Source: Rhodosorus marinus CCMP1338
Lineage: Eukaryota; Plantae; Rhodophyta
Assembly: GCA_029953675.1 (NCBI GenBank)
Contig: JAMWBK010000008.1
Span: forward strand, 1,674,001-1,738,000
Direction: 5' to 3'
Length of the DNA stretch: 64,000 nucleotides
Every line of letters begins with the position of its first letter. Position 1 is the first letter of the stretch. The position numbers and the translations under genes were made by a program. The notes under the pieces are model-generated. The model was not told the DNA's origin and did not search any database. It saw only the letters and a list, made by a program, of their open reading frames with translations. Positions 47,973 to 59,344 of the stretch are shown here, in pieces.

Positions 47973-50900
47973 TAGGGTTGTCATCTCTGTCCGATAAAAA
48001 AACGTCCGATTGCGTCCGATAAATACCGGACGGTCTAATAAAAGTGTATCGGACCTGTATTACGTAACAATAGACATATATGCTGTTTACCCCCCATCCG
48101 ATACGAGTTTATCGGACCTGAATATAGAAGACAAAATGGGTTTCGTCCAAGAAATGGTCCGATAACGACCGGTTGCGTCCGATATTTTTCAATGCATCTT
48201 TTTCTGTGCATAGTGTCGTTCGCTGTGGGCTTTGGGACTTTTGCTTGGCTAACCACCCGCAAAAAAGCAACAGGCTATTGAGAACATATTGGGAAGTCCG
48301 AGTAGCCGTCGCGGAAGGAACAGGGCAAGGGGTAGAAAGAGGAGATAAGGCGGTGGCCAACTATCTTGGTATAGGGTGTGAGAATTCTGGGCGCATCTAT
48401 TGACTAGCAGGACTATGTTCTTAATAAAGCATGCCTCAAGCCTCATGTAAGAATGCTCACAGTGGAGGAACCCTAGATTTTGATCTCACAAACAACCGCT
48501 CCGTAACGCATAACATTCAATAGCTGCGATCTTATGTGTACTTGTTGCTTCTCGCATATACAGGACTTCGGAGGGGTCATCCAGACTCTGAGATTGATGT
48601 CACAAACATCGGCATTGCGGGGCACAAGAACTCTCCGACCTTATTCTTAGGTACACATGTCTTGAAGCAACTCATGGTTACCAAAATACTGAAGCTACTG
48701 GTCACGTGGCTCGAACAGCCAGTCCAGTCGGCTTGCTCCGAGAGCAAGTCCCCCGCGGGCTAGGGAATACGAACAGCACAAAGAGCTCGTCTCGAGAATA
48801 AGGACGGTTGAACTCCGCCACTGGGTCAACTCAAGAAGACACTGCAACGCGACCAACCATATACTCCATCCCCAAAGTACTCACGTACAAGAGGACACGA
48901 GAAAACTCCCTTCGGAATGCGCTTGTTCTACTCCAAGTCCTTGCCCCTTAACCGCAATCTTAAACCAATGCTTGCCAGCCTGTCGAGTCTAGAAGTAATC
49001 TGTGAGAACCTCCCCTGACAGCTGTGTAATCTGTCAATGTTTTAGAGTCGGGCACCTATTTTAGTGCAGGATGTCAATGTTTTAGTATCCACTGGTTTCT
49101 ACTTTACTGTCAGGTATGTTTTAGTTTACAGTAACCAAGACTATATAAGGCCTAGCTTTGCTAGAACTTGAGACCTAGAATTGAGTAAAGACAAGTTAGT
49201 TCAAAGAGTCCTAACAAAATGGTCTCATCGCCGGAGAAACGATCAAAAGGAAAGCAGAAGGCGACGGAGGAGGACCACGAGAAAGATGTCCGAATGGTAC
49301 TACGACAACTAGAGCAGAATCAACTAGTTGTCAAACATTCGAAGCGCCAGTGCGGAGTACGCCAAGTATGCTACGTAGGTCAAATCTTGGCGGGAGGCAC
49401 TCGTCTCCCTGATCCTAAGAAGGAGCAGGCAATCCAGAATTGGAAGGCTCCCACAAACGTAAAAATAGTACGTGCGTTCATGGGCTTCGCAAATTTTCTA
49501 CGGCGGTTTGTTCCTCGCTTTGCACAGGTGGCTGCACCACTGCACGCACTCACCAACAAGGATCAGCAGTGGAAGTGGCACCGGGAGGAGCAACACGCCT
49601 TCAACGAAGTAAAACGGGCCATATCGACCCGACGCTCCCTTTCATTGTTCAAGTGGATGCAAGTGACGCGGGTGTCGGCTGTGTTCTCTTTCAAACGCGG
49701 CAAGACCAGGAGGTGCCAGTGGCCTATATGTCGCGCTCTTTCAACGCAACGGAAATGCGCTACAGTACCTACGAGAAAGAACTGTATGCCATCGTACTGG
49801 CAGTACAACAATGGTCCGTATACCTCGACGGGCAGCAGTTCAAGGTGCGTACGGATCATAACCCCTTGCGCTTTCTGCAGACACAGAAGACGTTGACGCG
49901 ACGACAAGCGCGTTATGTCAACGTACTATTACCCTATTCCTTTACGATCGAGTATGTACGGGGCAGTCTCAATATCGCGGACGCCCTCAGCCGCGACGCA
50001 CTACGGGCTATCCGCGTCACATCAGATGCAGATTGGACTCAAGACTACGAAGCCGACGCAGAGTTCTCTACTCAATTCCGCGGCCCGGTGGGCAGCTTGA
50101 AGGTTTTTAAGGGAAGGGGGGGCTGCTGTTCTTACATGCAAGGCTTTATGTACCCGGCAACCGCGTCACCGAGGTCATTGGTACGCACCATAAATCAGTG
50201 ACGGCTGGTCATTTCGGGGCACGGGCAACGTATCGACTATTACGCCGACGATACTACTGGCCAAGCATGCGCCAGGATGTGCTCGCTCGGGTACGACAGA
50301 GCGAGGTATGTGCCCGAGAACAACCGTTGAGACGCCACCAGGGAGAGCTTCAACCGCTCCCAATCCCAGAGAACCGAGCCGTGGACTGGACCATGGATTT
50401 CATCACGGGTTCCCTCGGTGAACGGTTATGATGCAATAATGTTTGTAGTCGACCATCTCACGAAGTTTGCCGTTTTCGTCCCGACTTCGAAAACGGTGAC
50501 GGCAGAAGAGGGGGCAGATCTTGTTGGCCCACAAATCATCTCCTTGTTCGCGTTATCCCGGAGCTTCGTCACAGATCGTGATAAGGTCTTCACAGCGACT
50601 TTCTGGCGACACCTTCTGCGATTGATGGGGGTTCAGCAGCTGCTCTCTACCCCGTACCACCCCGAAACGGATGGAAAGACGGAACGGGTGAAATCAGACC
50701 CTACAAATTATGCTGAGATGCTGTTGTACCAGTCCAACATGGATGCAGTGTCTACCCCTACTTCAGCTGGCCTACAACAACCATGCGTCGGCCAGTACGG
50801 GATATACACCGTATTTTCTGTTAACCGGAGGGCATCCACGTTTGAACTTGGACGCTCTCAACTCAACCCCGGCGATTACCAGCCTTGCCGACGCGGCGAC

Positions 50901-52015
50901 TGCTTTCGTGAAACGACAACAACAAATTCTTGCAGACGCACGCAAGTCCATGGCCCTGGAGCAGGAGTTATAAACTGATCACGCGAATTCACGGCGTCAC
51001 ACCAGGGTGTTCAACATTGGTGACAAGGTTTATTTGTCCACGCGCAACCTCCCTCTGGAAGGCCGTACCCGGTTTCAATCTCGCTGGTTGGGCCCCTTTC
51101 CAGTCATCGAAAAACATTCGGACGTCGCGTACACGCTACAGTTACCTGATGAAATGCGGGTACACCCGACATTCCATGTTTCCTTACTGAAGAGCGCACC
51201 GCCTGGGACAACTGAAACCCGACATATTCCTGTGCGAACCAATCTACACCCGACGCAACCCGTGCTATCGGTATTGAGCGTGCGTACGGATGATGAAGGC
51301 ACACGCCAGTTTCTATGCTACCGCGAACATGAATCGTGGACTGATGCTATTTGGCTCCCTGAACGCGACTATCCTACGGACACTCTATCACGACAACGCC
51401 TACGACACTACCTGAACTACCGAAAAATGCTCGATGCTCTTCCTGCAACGATTTGAGTTTGTGCCCAAACTCGGCGGGAGGAAGGTGAGAACCTCCCCCT
51501 GACAGCTGTGTAATCTGCCAATGTTTTAGAGTCAGGCACCTATTTTAGTGTAGGACGTCAATGTTTTAGTATCCACTGGTTTCTACTTTACTGTTAGGTA
51601 TGTTTTAGTTTACAGTACCCAAGACTATATAAGGCCTAGCTTTGCTAGATCTTGAGACCTAGAATTGAGTAAAGGCAAGTTGGTTCAAAGAGTTCTAACA
51701 TAATGATGATTCATTACATCACAGTGTCAGCGAATCAGACGAAGAAGTAATGATGAATCATGATATGCGAACTGTATCAAGAAGTAATCATGATTCAATA
51801 TCTGAACTGAAGATGATTGATTGCTAGATTAACGTTGATTGAATACAGGACGATTTATCGGTCATGTTTATGAGAAGGGCAGCGGACCCGTTTTTTCGAA
51901 GAATTGCAATCAGACGCCCCTTCGTTTTATACTGTTTTGCAATTGTCTATCTATCCACTTCGAAAGATATCGGTACCGTCCAATAAACGTTGTCGGACGG
52001 CGCATGACAACACTA
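47973..52015 (+). mobile_element. Non-autonomous hAT-like DNA transposon copy H1 (hosts Gypsy 49001-51700)
   Basis: TIRs TAGGGTTGTCAT (47973) and ATGACAACACTA (52004-52015); subterminal TCCGAT/ATCGGA repeats; internal homology to H2 and H3. No clean 8-bp TSD seen. Confidence 0.75.
49001..51700 (+). mobile_element. Deleted Ty3/Gypsy (chromodomain) LTR retrotransposon, LTR family 1
   Basis: LTRs 49001-49216 and 51484-51700 (about a dozen differences). TSD TAATC/TAATG, PBS TGGTCTCATCGC at 49220, PPT GGCGGGAGGAAG. Frameshifted RT C-terminus, RNase H (DASD, YEKEL, TDH), integrase (GHFG..YYWP, GPF) and chromodomain-like tail; gag/PR absent. Confidence 0.93.
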
Positions 52016-52019
52016 CTAT

Positions 52020-52640
52020 ACTATGCCACCTGCTCGCCGGCTGCCCCGCTGTGAAAGGCGCCCGAGCCCGACGACATACGCGATCTTGAACCTGTTATAC
52101 CGCGAACTTCGACCTATCGTACGTCAAGCCGGTCTTGAAATTGAACGTGAGAAGCCCCGGGCTGTTGCAGGCTACCAGAATGATGAACACCGCGTGGCTG
52201 CCGTGTGGTCACCTGTGGCGATAGCCTCCGTACTACGTATGTTGATCTTGCTGTTCCTAGTCCTCAGGCTGGTCGCTATTTGCCGGCTGCGGGAGAGCGC
52301 CGTGGATTTGCTGCTGCCAATATGAGACGTCTCAACGAGTTGAAATATGCGGTAGCACTGTCTTCCCCATGCGTTCGTGCTTCGGCTCTAGCTCATCGCC
52401 TGGTACCTCTGGTCATTGAGTGCTTTGGGTTTATAGATTCCGTTGGTTCTCGTTGGCTTCGGAATTGTTCCGCGAACGCCCTGACCGTCTGTCCTCGTTG
52501 TTTACCCGTTTTAAGTTTCTTGCTATGGCGTGTGAACGCTGCTTTGATTTATGAGGCCACAATCTTCGCCGCACTTAGTCGTTTTTTTCCCCCCGAGGTT
52601 TCTTCTCTCAGGCCCGGATTAAACCAATTCATTCATTTTA
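52020..52640 (+). mobile_element. CRE-like family A CCHC-RLE-3' end
   Basis: HLLAGC..TTYVDLAVP..HRLVPLVIECFG; terminus GGATTAAACCAATTCATTCATTT. Confidence 0.82.
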
Positions 52641-53544
52641 CTGTTCTAGATTGTCCAAGTGCTCGGCGATAGCATTGCCTCTTTTGGAACGAATCATACT
52701 GCTTGTTGGCGATCTGCTGGAAACGTAGTGTTTTTTCGGTTTTTGCGAAGTGCTATCGTAGATCACCTTATTCATCACGAGGGAGGGGTGGATTAGGCAA
52801 TGACCTCGCCGCATATCTGTTCGAAACAATATTTGAAGTAGCTGAAAACCTTTAAAAAATCAAGAACCAATAAACGGTCTCGTCGTGGAGTCCCGTACTT
52901 CAAATTCGTTTTGATCAATGCATCAAACAGGAATTCGGTTCCCCTACAATAGCATCCTTAGAACATGCCTCTGCATACTTGTCACTCGCAGGATCACCAC
53001 CCAGACTGCTGCACTTTTGGAGCGCAAGGTACGCACCCAAAGGATTTCGGGAGGGCACACGTCCGAACAGACAACTCTGGCGAAGTACTGCCCGCCTGGC
53101 AACAAACGCATAACACGCGGACATGGAGGGTGGGGAGGATTGCCCCCCGCGCTCGAGAGCAGTGTGTTATCTCAATATGGGGCATCCTTAGCCAATATTA
53201 AGTCGCGCTTCTTTCGCTTGCTTGAGACTGCATACGGTACCAGTCAGTCAAGTACAAGAGACCGGTCTGCAAGAACCCTGACGAGCATCCAAAGCCGATC
53301 CCTTTATTGGTCAAACAAAACCAAAAAAATCTTATGTTAATTGGTTTGTATATTTCTGTTAACTAATTAAAATGTGCTTAGTGTCCTTCCTCACCTATTC
53401 TGAAGCGACTGATTTGCTAGGAAATTACAGTTCATATCCGAAAAGAACGACTCGAATACTCCATTTTGAGAAGATCACGAACTGTTGATTAGTAAATCAT
53501 GTTAGTACCAAATGTTTACTATCAGGCATAGAGTTCAGAGCTTA

Positions 53545-54500
53545 GCGCGATGTCCACGCGGGTTTTCAAGCTTTTGGGTCTGCCACTGGCCCCTTGGCAC
53601 TCTAATCGCACTTCCCTTAGCCAAAGATGTGAGATTCGTATTGACGGTTGTGGCTACAACTTTCTGGGCTCGTGTGGACTATTGAGAGGCAACCGTACGA
53701 AATGTCACACCTGTCTGACATCCCGAGCGAACATTTGACCAGGGTGCACACGGTTGAGGTTGAATTACAACTGCACCAATCAGCCTCGGCCACTAGACCC
53801 GCCCCCGCGTTGCATAGCAGATCTGCTGGTATCGGACCCAGCCAGCAGACGCTCAGCATATGTGGACCTCGCTGTCTCATGCCCTGGGTCAAGTACCTAA
53901 CTCCCCACTGCAGCTCCCGGCGGGGGGCAGCAGCTTCCGTACCTCGCCGACTGAAGGAACGACACCATTGCCAGTCTCGCGTTGGCAGAAGGTTCCAGCC
54001 TTCCATTTTGGAAACTTTCGGTATTGGGAAGAGTCCAGCTTGGGAGAGGCAGCGGAAATGTTTTACTGACCAACGTGTTGAATATTTGGGACTTCTACGC
54101 CGTTTAAGTGTCGCTCCCCCTGGCGATGTTCTAGCAGCATGCTCGCCAACGCGCGACACCACCGCCTAGGCCTGCACGTTTTTCTCCCTAGTTCCATTTC
54201 CCTTTCCGCCGCGCTGCGTCGCGCTTCAGGCGATGCTAGTAAAACCACTTTTACTGGGAAAGCTTTGGTCATGTGGATAAGTCGGGTTTAGAGTGGTTGC
54301 GGAAATGTTTCGCTGAGCATCCTACTGAGTACTTGGCGCTTTGGCGGCGTTTCAGTGCCGCCCTGTGGCGATATTCTAGCAGCATGCGTGCCGAGGCGCG
54401 TCATCGGCGCCTGGGTTTGCACGCTTCCCTCCCTAGTTCTTAGTTCCTTTTCACGCCTTGCGTAGCGCTTCAGGCTATGCTAGTAAAGCCCCAGTACAAC
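53545..54500 (+). mobile_element. CRE-like family B Zn finger-RLE fragment plus tandem 3' copy
   Basis: LLGLPLAP..CEIRIDGCGYNFLGSC, RFQPSILETFG; termini at ~54248 and ~54500. Confidence 0.8.
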
Positions 54501-55354
54501 CACCAACCGGTATAAAGCCTCTCGACGGCAGTTCATGCCTACGCGGGCTTCGCCAAGTGTGTGAAACTGAGTACGTTCGGTAGTGACCTTGAGCAGGGAA
54601 AGGTATCGTAATTGGCTTGTACTCAACTGTTCCACTATTGCGAGCTAAACTGGTTTCTCCTAGTCTCGGGAACGCGCATTTCCCTTCCCACTCTCGCTAC
54701 GGTTCGTTAAGTAGAAACTGATGCTCACAAAAAATCTAAGGATTATTCTAAGCTTCTTGGACTACACAGCTCACTTTCGTCGTTCATTATTGAAGCATTC
54801 CGATCTCCGATGGTGGTTGGACCGGGATGCTGTCAAGACTCATCCACGTCGGCCACCACTCATGTAGTAAGATTTGTTGTGCTGCAAGGTTTTCACCCAC
54901 GCCCGTCTGGTTGGTTCCGCTACTTCCGTTCCTACGTGTCTGAGCAAACTCCTGTATTGGGGATTGTCTTCCTCAGTATCTAATCATCATCATAATCGTC
55001 GCACTGAGCTCCCCCCGCAGCATTCACCCTTGTCCAGGCACCAGTACTTGATACAAGCTTGCGGCGTGAGTTGTCGAGGGGAAATTTTATTGGAAGGGCA
55101 CTCTGTCTCCTTTGGGATTTGTGGGATTCTCTTTTGCTACCGTTTTGTTGTAGTGATGTTCTCGTTCAGTTGAACGTGAGTCTCTAGAAGAGATGTCACA
55201 TTCAAGGCCTTCGTCCTTGGGTAGGGTCGTCCGTCTTAAGGGTCATGCTTGAGAGCAGTTGAGATGCATCGTCGGGGATGAAGAAGCTGATTGTGATCAT
55301 TCTTTCACGGGATTCAAGTAGACTTGTTCGGCTTATTGTTTCTTGCAAGAGCTG

Positions 55355-56095
55355 ATGGACTCGAAGCTGCTTGTCCCAGGGCTGCTGGTCTTCTTCGCTT
55401 TGGTTTACGGGCAAATTTCCTCTGATGGTTCAGGAGAAACTTGTATGGACTTTCTGCAAGGCGTCAAGCTTGGGACTGTTGAACATCGAGCGCTGTGTTC
55501 TGAAAGGTATTGTAGATATTTAATGGATGAAAAGGGTGTTGAAAGGGTCACTATGTGCGTGGGAAATCGAGTGATTGGGTACGGCAGGAGATGTGTGCAG
55601 ATTCGATTCGAACCAACGTTCCTGACCGATCCGTTGATTCGAGTCCGCGCTGGGATACATCCGAGTTGCGATTTGATTCCCGATGAGAGCGAGGGAAAGT
55701 TCCAGAAGGAAAGATCCACGGAGCAGCAGATGAGGAATATCCACAAACTGTTCCTATGCTTTGATGAAATCCCATCGAAGGAGGATTGTTGCGAGACCAA
55801 TCGATGCCTCATTGTGGAAGCCGATATCCATGACGTCGAGAGTGACGCTGAGGTCACTTCTACTCTATCCGACAAGCGATGCGGGGAGAAGAACAAGGGT
55901 TGGTGCCCTTTACGAATCGGTTGTGTGGATCCTACCCTGCAAACAACAGCCACAGCGACGGAACCGGTAGAACAGGCTCGGGACAGCACAGATTTGGAAC
56001 CAAAGCGTCAGGACGACGGCTTGGGGTTTATTGGGTACGTCGATTACGTTTATGAAAACGTCGATGGCGAGATGAAGAAGTTTAACATTTCTTGA
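55355..56095 (+). CDS. Small secreted protein with a single Cys-rich (CC) domain
   Basis: ATG 55355, signal peptide MDSKLLVPGLLVFFALVYG. Cys spacing matches the domains of the vWA and RTX proteins; short Thr-rich/acidic tail. Confidence 0.82.
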   Translation: MDSKLLVPGLLVFFALVYGQISSDGSGETCMDFLQGVKLGTVEHRALCSERYCRYLMDEKGVERVTMCVGNRVIGYGRRCVQIRFEPTFLTDPLIRVRAGIHPSCDLIPDESEGKFQKERSTEQQMRNIHKLFLCFDEIPSKEDCCETNRCLIVEADIHDVESDAEVTSTLSDKRCGEKNKGWCPLRIGCVDPTLQTTATATEPVEQARDSTDLEPKRQDDGLGFIGYVDYVYENVDGEMKKFNIS

Positions 56096-56801
56096 TTCTT
56101 GGAGGGTGGGCATCGAAGACAGCCACACAAAACGAGCTGTGATTGGGAGAGGACCGAGCTGGAGAGGAAGACGAACCTTGTGCGGGAATAACCCACAGAA
56201 AATGTCAAAAATTCTCTCCAAAAGAGGCTACGAAAACGAGTCCCAAGGATCTGCTTCCCTCCCCTGGAGAGTTTGCCGACGTAATCGCAGTGTACGACGT
56301 TGGCACTGGAAGCAGTTTACCAGTTGTTGATCAAACGAAATGGGATGTTGAACGTTCGCTGAAGGCGTGCGCAGAGTTTTGTTGAAGACGCGCAACGTTG
56401 ATTCAAGCACATGGGCCGAGCTCAAAGTTGGCAAAGTGTAACTGGAGTAGGACGGAGAAATCTCTCTCGTGGAGAACTGTGGTGGTAGAACCCGTCTTGT
56501 AGGGGTTCACTTCGTGTACAAACCAAGACTTTGATTATGGGTAGCAGCGTGCTATGCACGACACGAACCAGGCTCCTGGTAAGCCTTGCAAACCTTTGGG
56601 CTTGGTTTGTTACTCCGTATTCGGCACTGATCATCGAATCATGGGGAAAGGGGTCATGGATGAGACAGGGGAAACCGCTCGACAGGAGAAGTATGTCCAG
56701 TCTATATTTTGTTTTACTCTTTTCAGGGCGATTCTTTTAAAAAAAACAAGGGGTGGGGGTTGTCTGTCTGTACATTCCACCACAATACTGGCTAGACCTT
56801 T

Positions 56802-57677
56802 TTACGCCATCCGCTTCCAAGAGTCGAGCACCAGCTTCGCGAAGATCCCGGGGTATTCCGTTTCGGGCTGGTGAGCGGAGGAGCCCCCCAGGATCTCGAG
56901 GTTCAAGTTCGGAAAGTAGCTTCGGATCACTTCAATGTAAGAGCGCGGAAAGTAGGGATCCTCACCGCTGAAGACGAGAATGCCTTCGAAACTCTTCAGT
57001 TTTGCACGTAACGACTCGTGTATCTTCCGCAGGCTCGGAGTCGGGGAAATCAAAATCAAGTAGGGTTTCCTGTCCACAATCTTCTTGTTCTTTGACAAAA
57101 ACGTCATCACTACCTGAGCACCCCAGCTCCTCGCCACGATGACAATCTTCTGGTTCGGGTCTTCGCTGATGCCCTCCTCATCCATAAGAATTGAGATTGT
57201 CTGTGCGCCAGTATAAGCAGGAATATGCAGCGCGGTGTCGCTAGCAGTGGAGTTTCCGAATCCAGGCAGATCCATGAGATAAAACGAGCCCATCTTGTCA
57301 AACAGGCCCAGGTTCTTGAACCAGTGTTCAGCGCTCTGTGTCTCTCCGGGTCCATGCAAAGCAATGATCGAGACCTTGGACTCTGGTTTCTTGTGGTAGA
57401 GGTAGTGAATCGTTCCGTAGCGGAATTCGATGACGTTTGACTCAAGCTTGTTTTTGTCAAACGACGGCGCTTCAATATCCTCCACGACGGTGATCACCGA
57501 TTCCATACCTTGACGCATCCTGGGCAATGCCAACGAGAACACGGCGAACACCAGGAGGACAATCGCCAATACAACCGCCCATTGCGATTTGTACCAGACC
57601 TCACGCCGCAGCACCGTCGTCTTGGTCTGCACCCCCTCTCCGTTTTCAACTGCCATAAACGCCGTCGAATTGGCCAT
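56802..57677 (-). CDS. Membrane-anchored alpha/beta hydrolase (ABHD14-like)
   Basis: N-terminal TM helix, IALHG, MDLPGFGNS, nucleophile elbow ARSWG, putative Asp (SGEDP) and His (SAHQPE). ATG 57677. Confidence 0.82.
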   Translation of the reverse strand: MANSTAFMAVENGEGVQTKTTVLRREVWYKSQWAVVLAIVLLVFAVFSLALPRMRQGMESVITVVEDIEAPSFDKNKLESNVIEFRYGTIHYLYHKKPESKVSIIALHGPGETQSAEHWFKNLGLFDKMGSFYLMDLPGFGNSTASDTALHIPAYTGAQTISILMDEEGISEDPNQKIVIVARSWGAQVVMTFLSKNKKIVDRKPYLILISPTPSLRKIHESLRAKLKSFEGILVFSGEDPYFPRSYIEVIRSYFPNLNLEILGGSSAHQPETEYPGIFAKLVLDSWKRMA

Positions 57678-57774
57678 CTCTACCCCTAATCCAAGGAAAA
57701 CAAACTGCAACAAACGTCACCCCACAACCAAACCAAACACAGAATTGTCTCTCTAAACACTACAACCCTATCAT

Positions 57775-57822
57775 CCCCCCGCCCCGGCCCCCGCCCCCGC
57801 CCCCGCCCCCCGCCCTACCCCA
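57775..57822 (-). other. G-quadruplex-capable tract ~100 bp upstream of the hydrolase ATG
   Basis: (CCCCCG)n-like run giving at least 7 G-tracts on the coding strand. Confidence 0.5.
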
Positions 57823-58541
57823 AAAGAAAATCTGAATAACCACCACGAACAGCTAGCTCTCTCCACAGATCCCGCGCTTGGCTCTCCTTCACTCCTTCCC
57901 CTCACTCTCTCCCTTCCCCTTTTCCAACCAAAAGAAAAAACCTAAATATTTAATCCCAATCAAAGGAAATCCTCCTCACCACCCTAAAACTATAGGACGT
58001 GAATCCCAACGCAAAAAAAAAAACTTCAACACCTAGCCAGCAAAGCCACCGCACGGGCTGACCAAAAGCCACCCACCGCAGCTAAGCCACTCACTCAGTA
58101 GCCACCTCAGCTAGCCAGCCAGGAAGCACATCTCTGCCAGCCAAGCCGGTCAATCAGCCACTTCATCTACAGGAAAACAAAACAAAAAAACCCTTCGGCC
58201 AAAAAAACAGCTTAAAACAACGACAACAAAAAAATTGAAGTTTTTTGTCCCTCTGATTTTGCGGTTGCCACTGTGTCCTGTATACTGTGTCCCGTGTCTC
58301 CCCATCCCAAAGGCGTCTCTCTCCCCCCTCCCCATCCACACCCCCGTTGGCCAAGAAACCACTCCCTGGGGATGAATAATGACGGTTATGTCAACAAATC
58401 CACACACACAGCCCCCCCTGCTAGAATACCCGCCTTTGAAAAGTGCAATTGTTTTGGACCTTTTGACTGCGTGAACGGGCAGTTGTTGATGACCTGGGTG
58501 GGTGGGCCCTTTGGGAGAGAGCAGATGAATGGCTGAAGTTT

Positions 58542-59007
58542 ATAAAGTAACAAGAAACACAAGGAAAAAGCACAAAACACCCATCTTGTCAACAGGTTCA
58601 TAACCTGTGAGCCCAGTCGAGTTGCTCCTTGGAGATGTTCTTCAGGCCTTCGTGGTTGCATCGAAAACGCAGGATCAGACAGATGTCGCCCAAGCGCTGC
58701 GTGGCCTTGTACTCGGTTGCGTCGAGTTTGAATACCTTGGAGTAGTATTCTTCGAGCGATGAGACAACGCTAGGGCTACTCAGATGGCTTCGAAGAATAA
58801 TACTCCAAGATATTCAAACTCGACGCAACCGAGTACAAGGCCACGCAGCGCTTGGGCCACATCTGTCTGATCCTGAAGCATGAAAGCGTTTTCGATGCAA
58901 CCATCGAAGGCCTGATGAACATCTCCAAGGAGCAACTCGACTGGGCTCATAACCTGTTATCAAGATAGGTGTTTTGTGCCTTTTCCTTGTGTTTCTTGTT
59001 ACTTTAT
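58542..59007. repeat. Fold-back inverted repeat, ~215-bp arms and ~29-nt loop
   Basis: 58542-58757 is the reverse complement of 58787-59007 with few mismatches or indels. Confidence 0.92.
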
Positions 59008-59344
59008 CTTAGAGTCTCCCTCACTAGTATGACAATGACAATGAGCTTGACTCATATAAGCATCAAACTTGGTTAACCCCAATGCTTCTAAGCACTTCAG
59101 CAACGGGAAACCGCCGGGAAACTTTTTGGGGTGTGTGGGAAGGAGCAGGGGAGTTTGGCTAATCAAAAATACTGATTGAGGCGTTGGAGTCCAAAAAAAG
59201 ACTTGGTATGGCGCAATCTGGGTGATGGTCTGTGAAACTGGACTTTACTAGAGTCTGTGAAACTAGGACGGAATAATTTCCTTAATTGCTTTTTGTAAGT
59301 TGGGGTTCTTCTAAATTTCTCCGGGAACTAGTACCGGTTTGTCT

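Noticed and set aside
47965-52023. 8-bp TSDs for hAT copies H1 and H2
   Set aside because: The flanks GTTTTACT/CTATACTA and CAGACAGC/CTCAGCGA do not match, so no TSD is claimed.
52960-53200. Possible Copia integrase relic (RTDNSGE..APRAREQ)
   Set aside because: Motif similarity is weak and the flanking catalytic residues are not recognisable.
56106-56740. Short ORFs between the convergent Cys-protein and hydrolase genes
   Set aside because: No motifs or splice support; probably 3' UTR or intergenic sequence.
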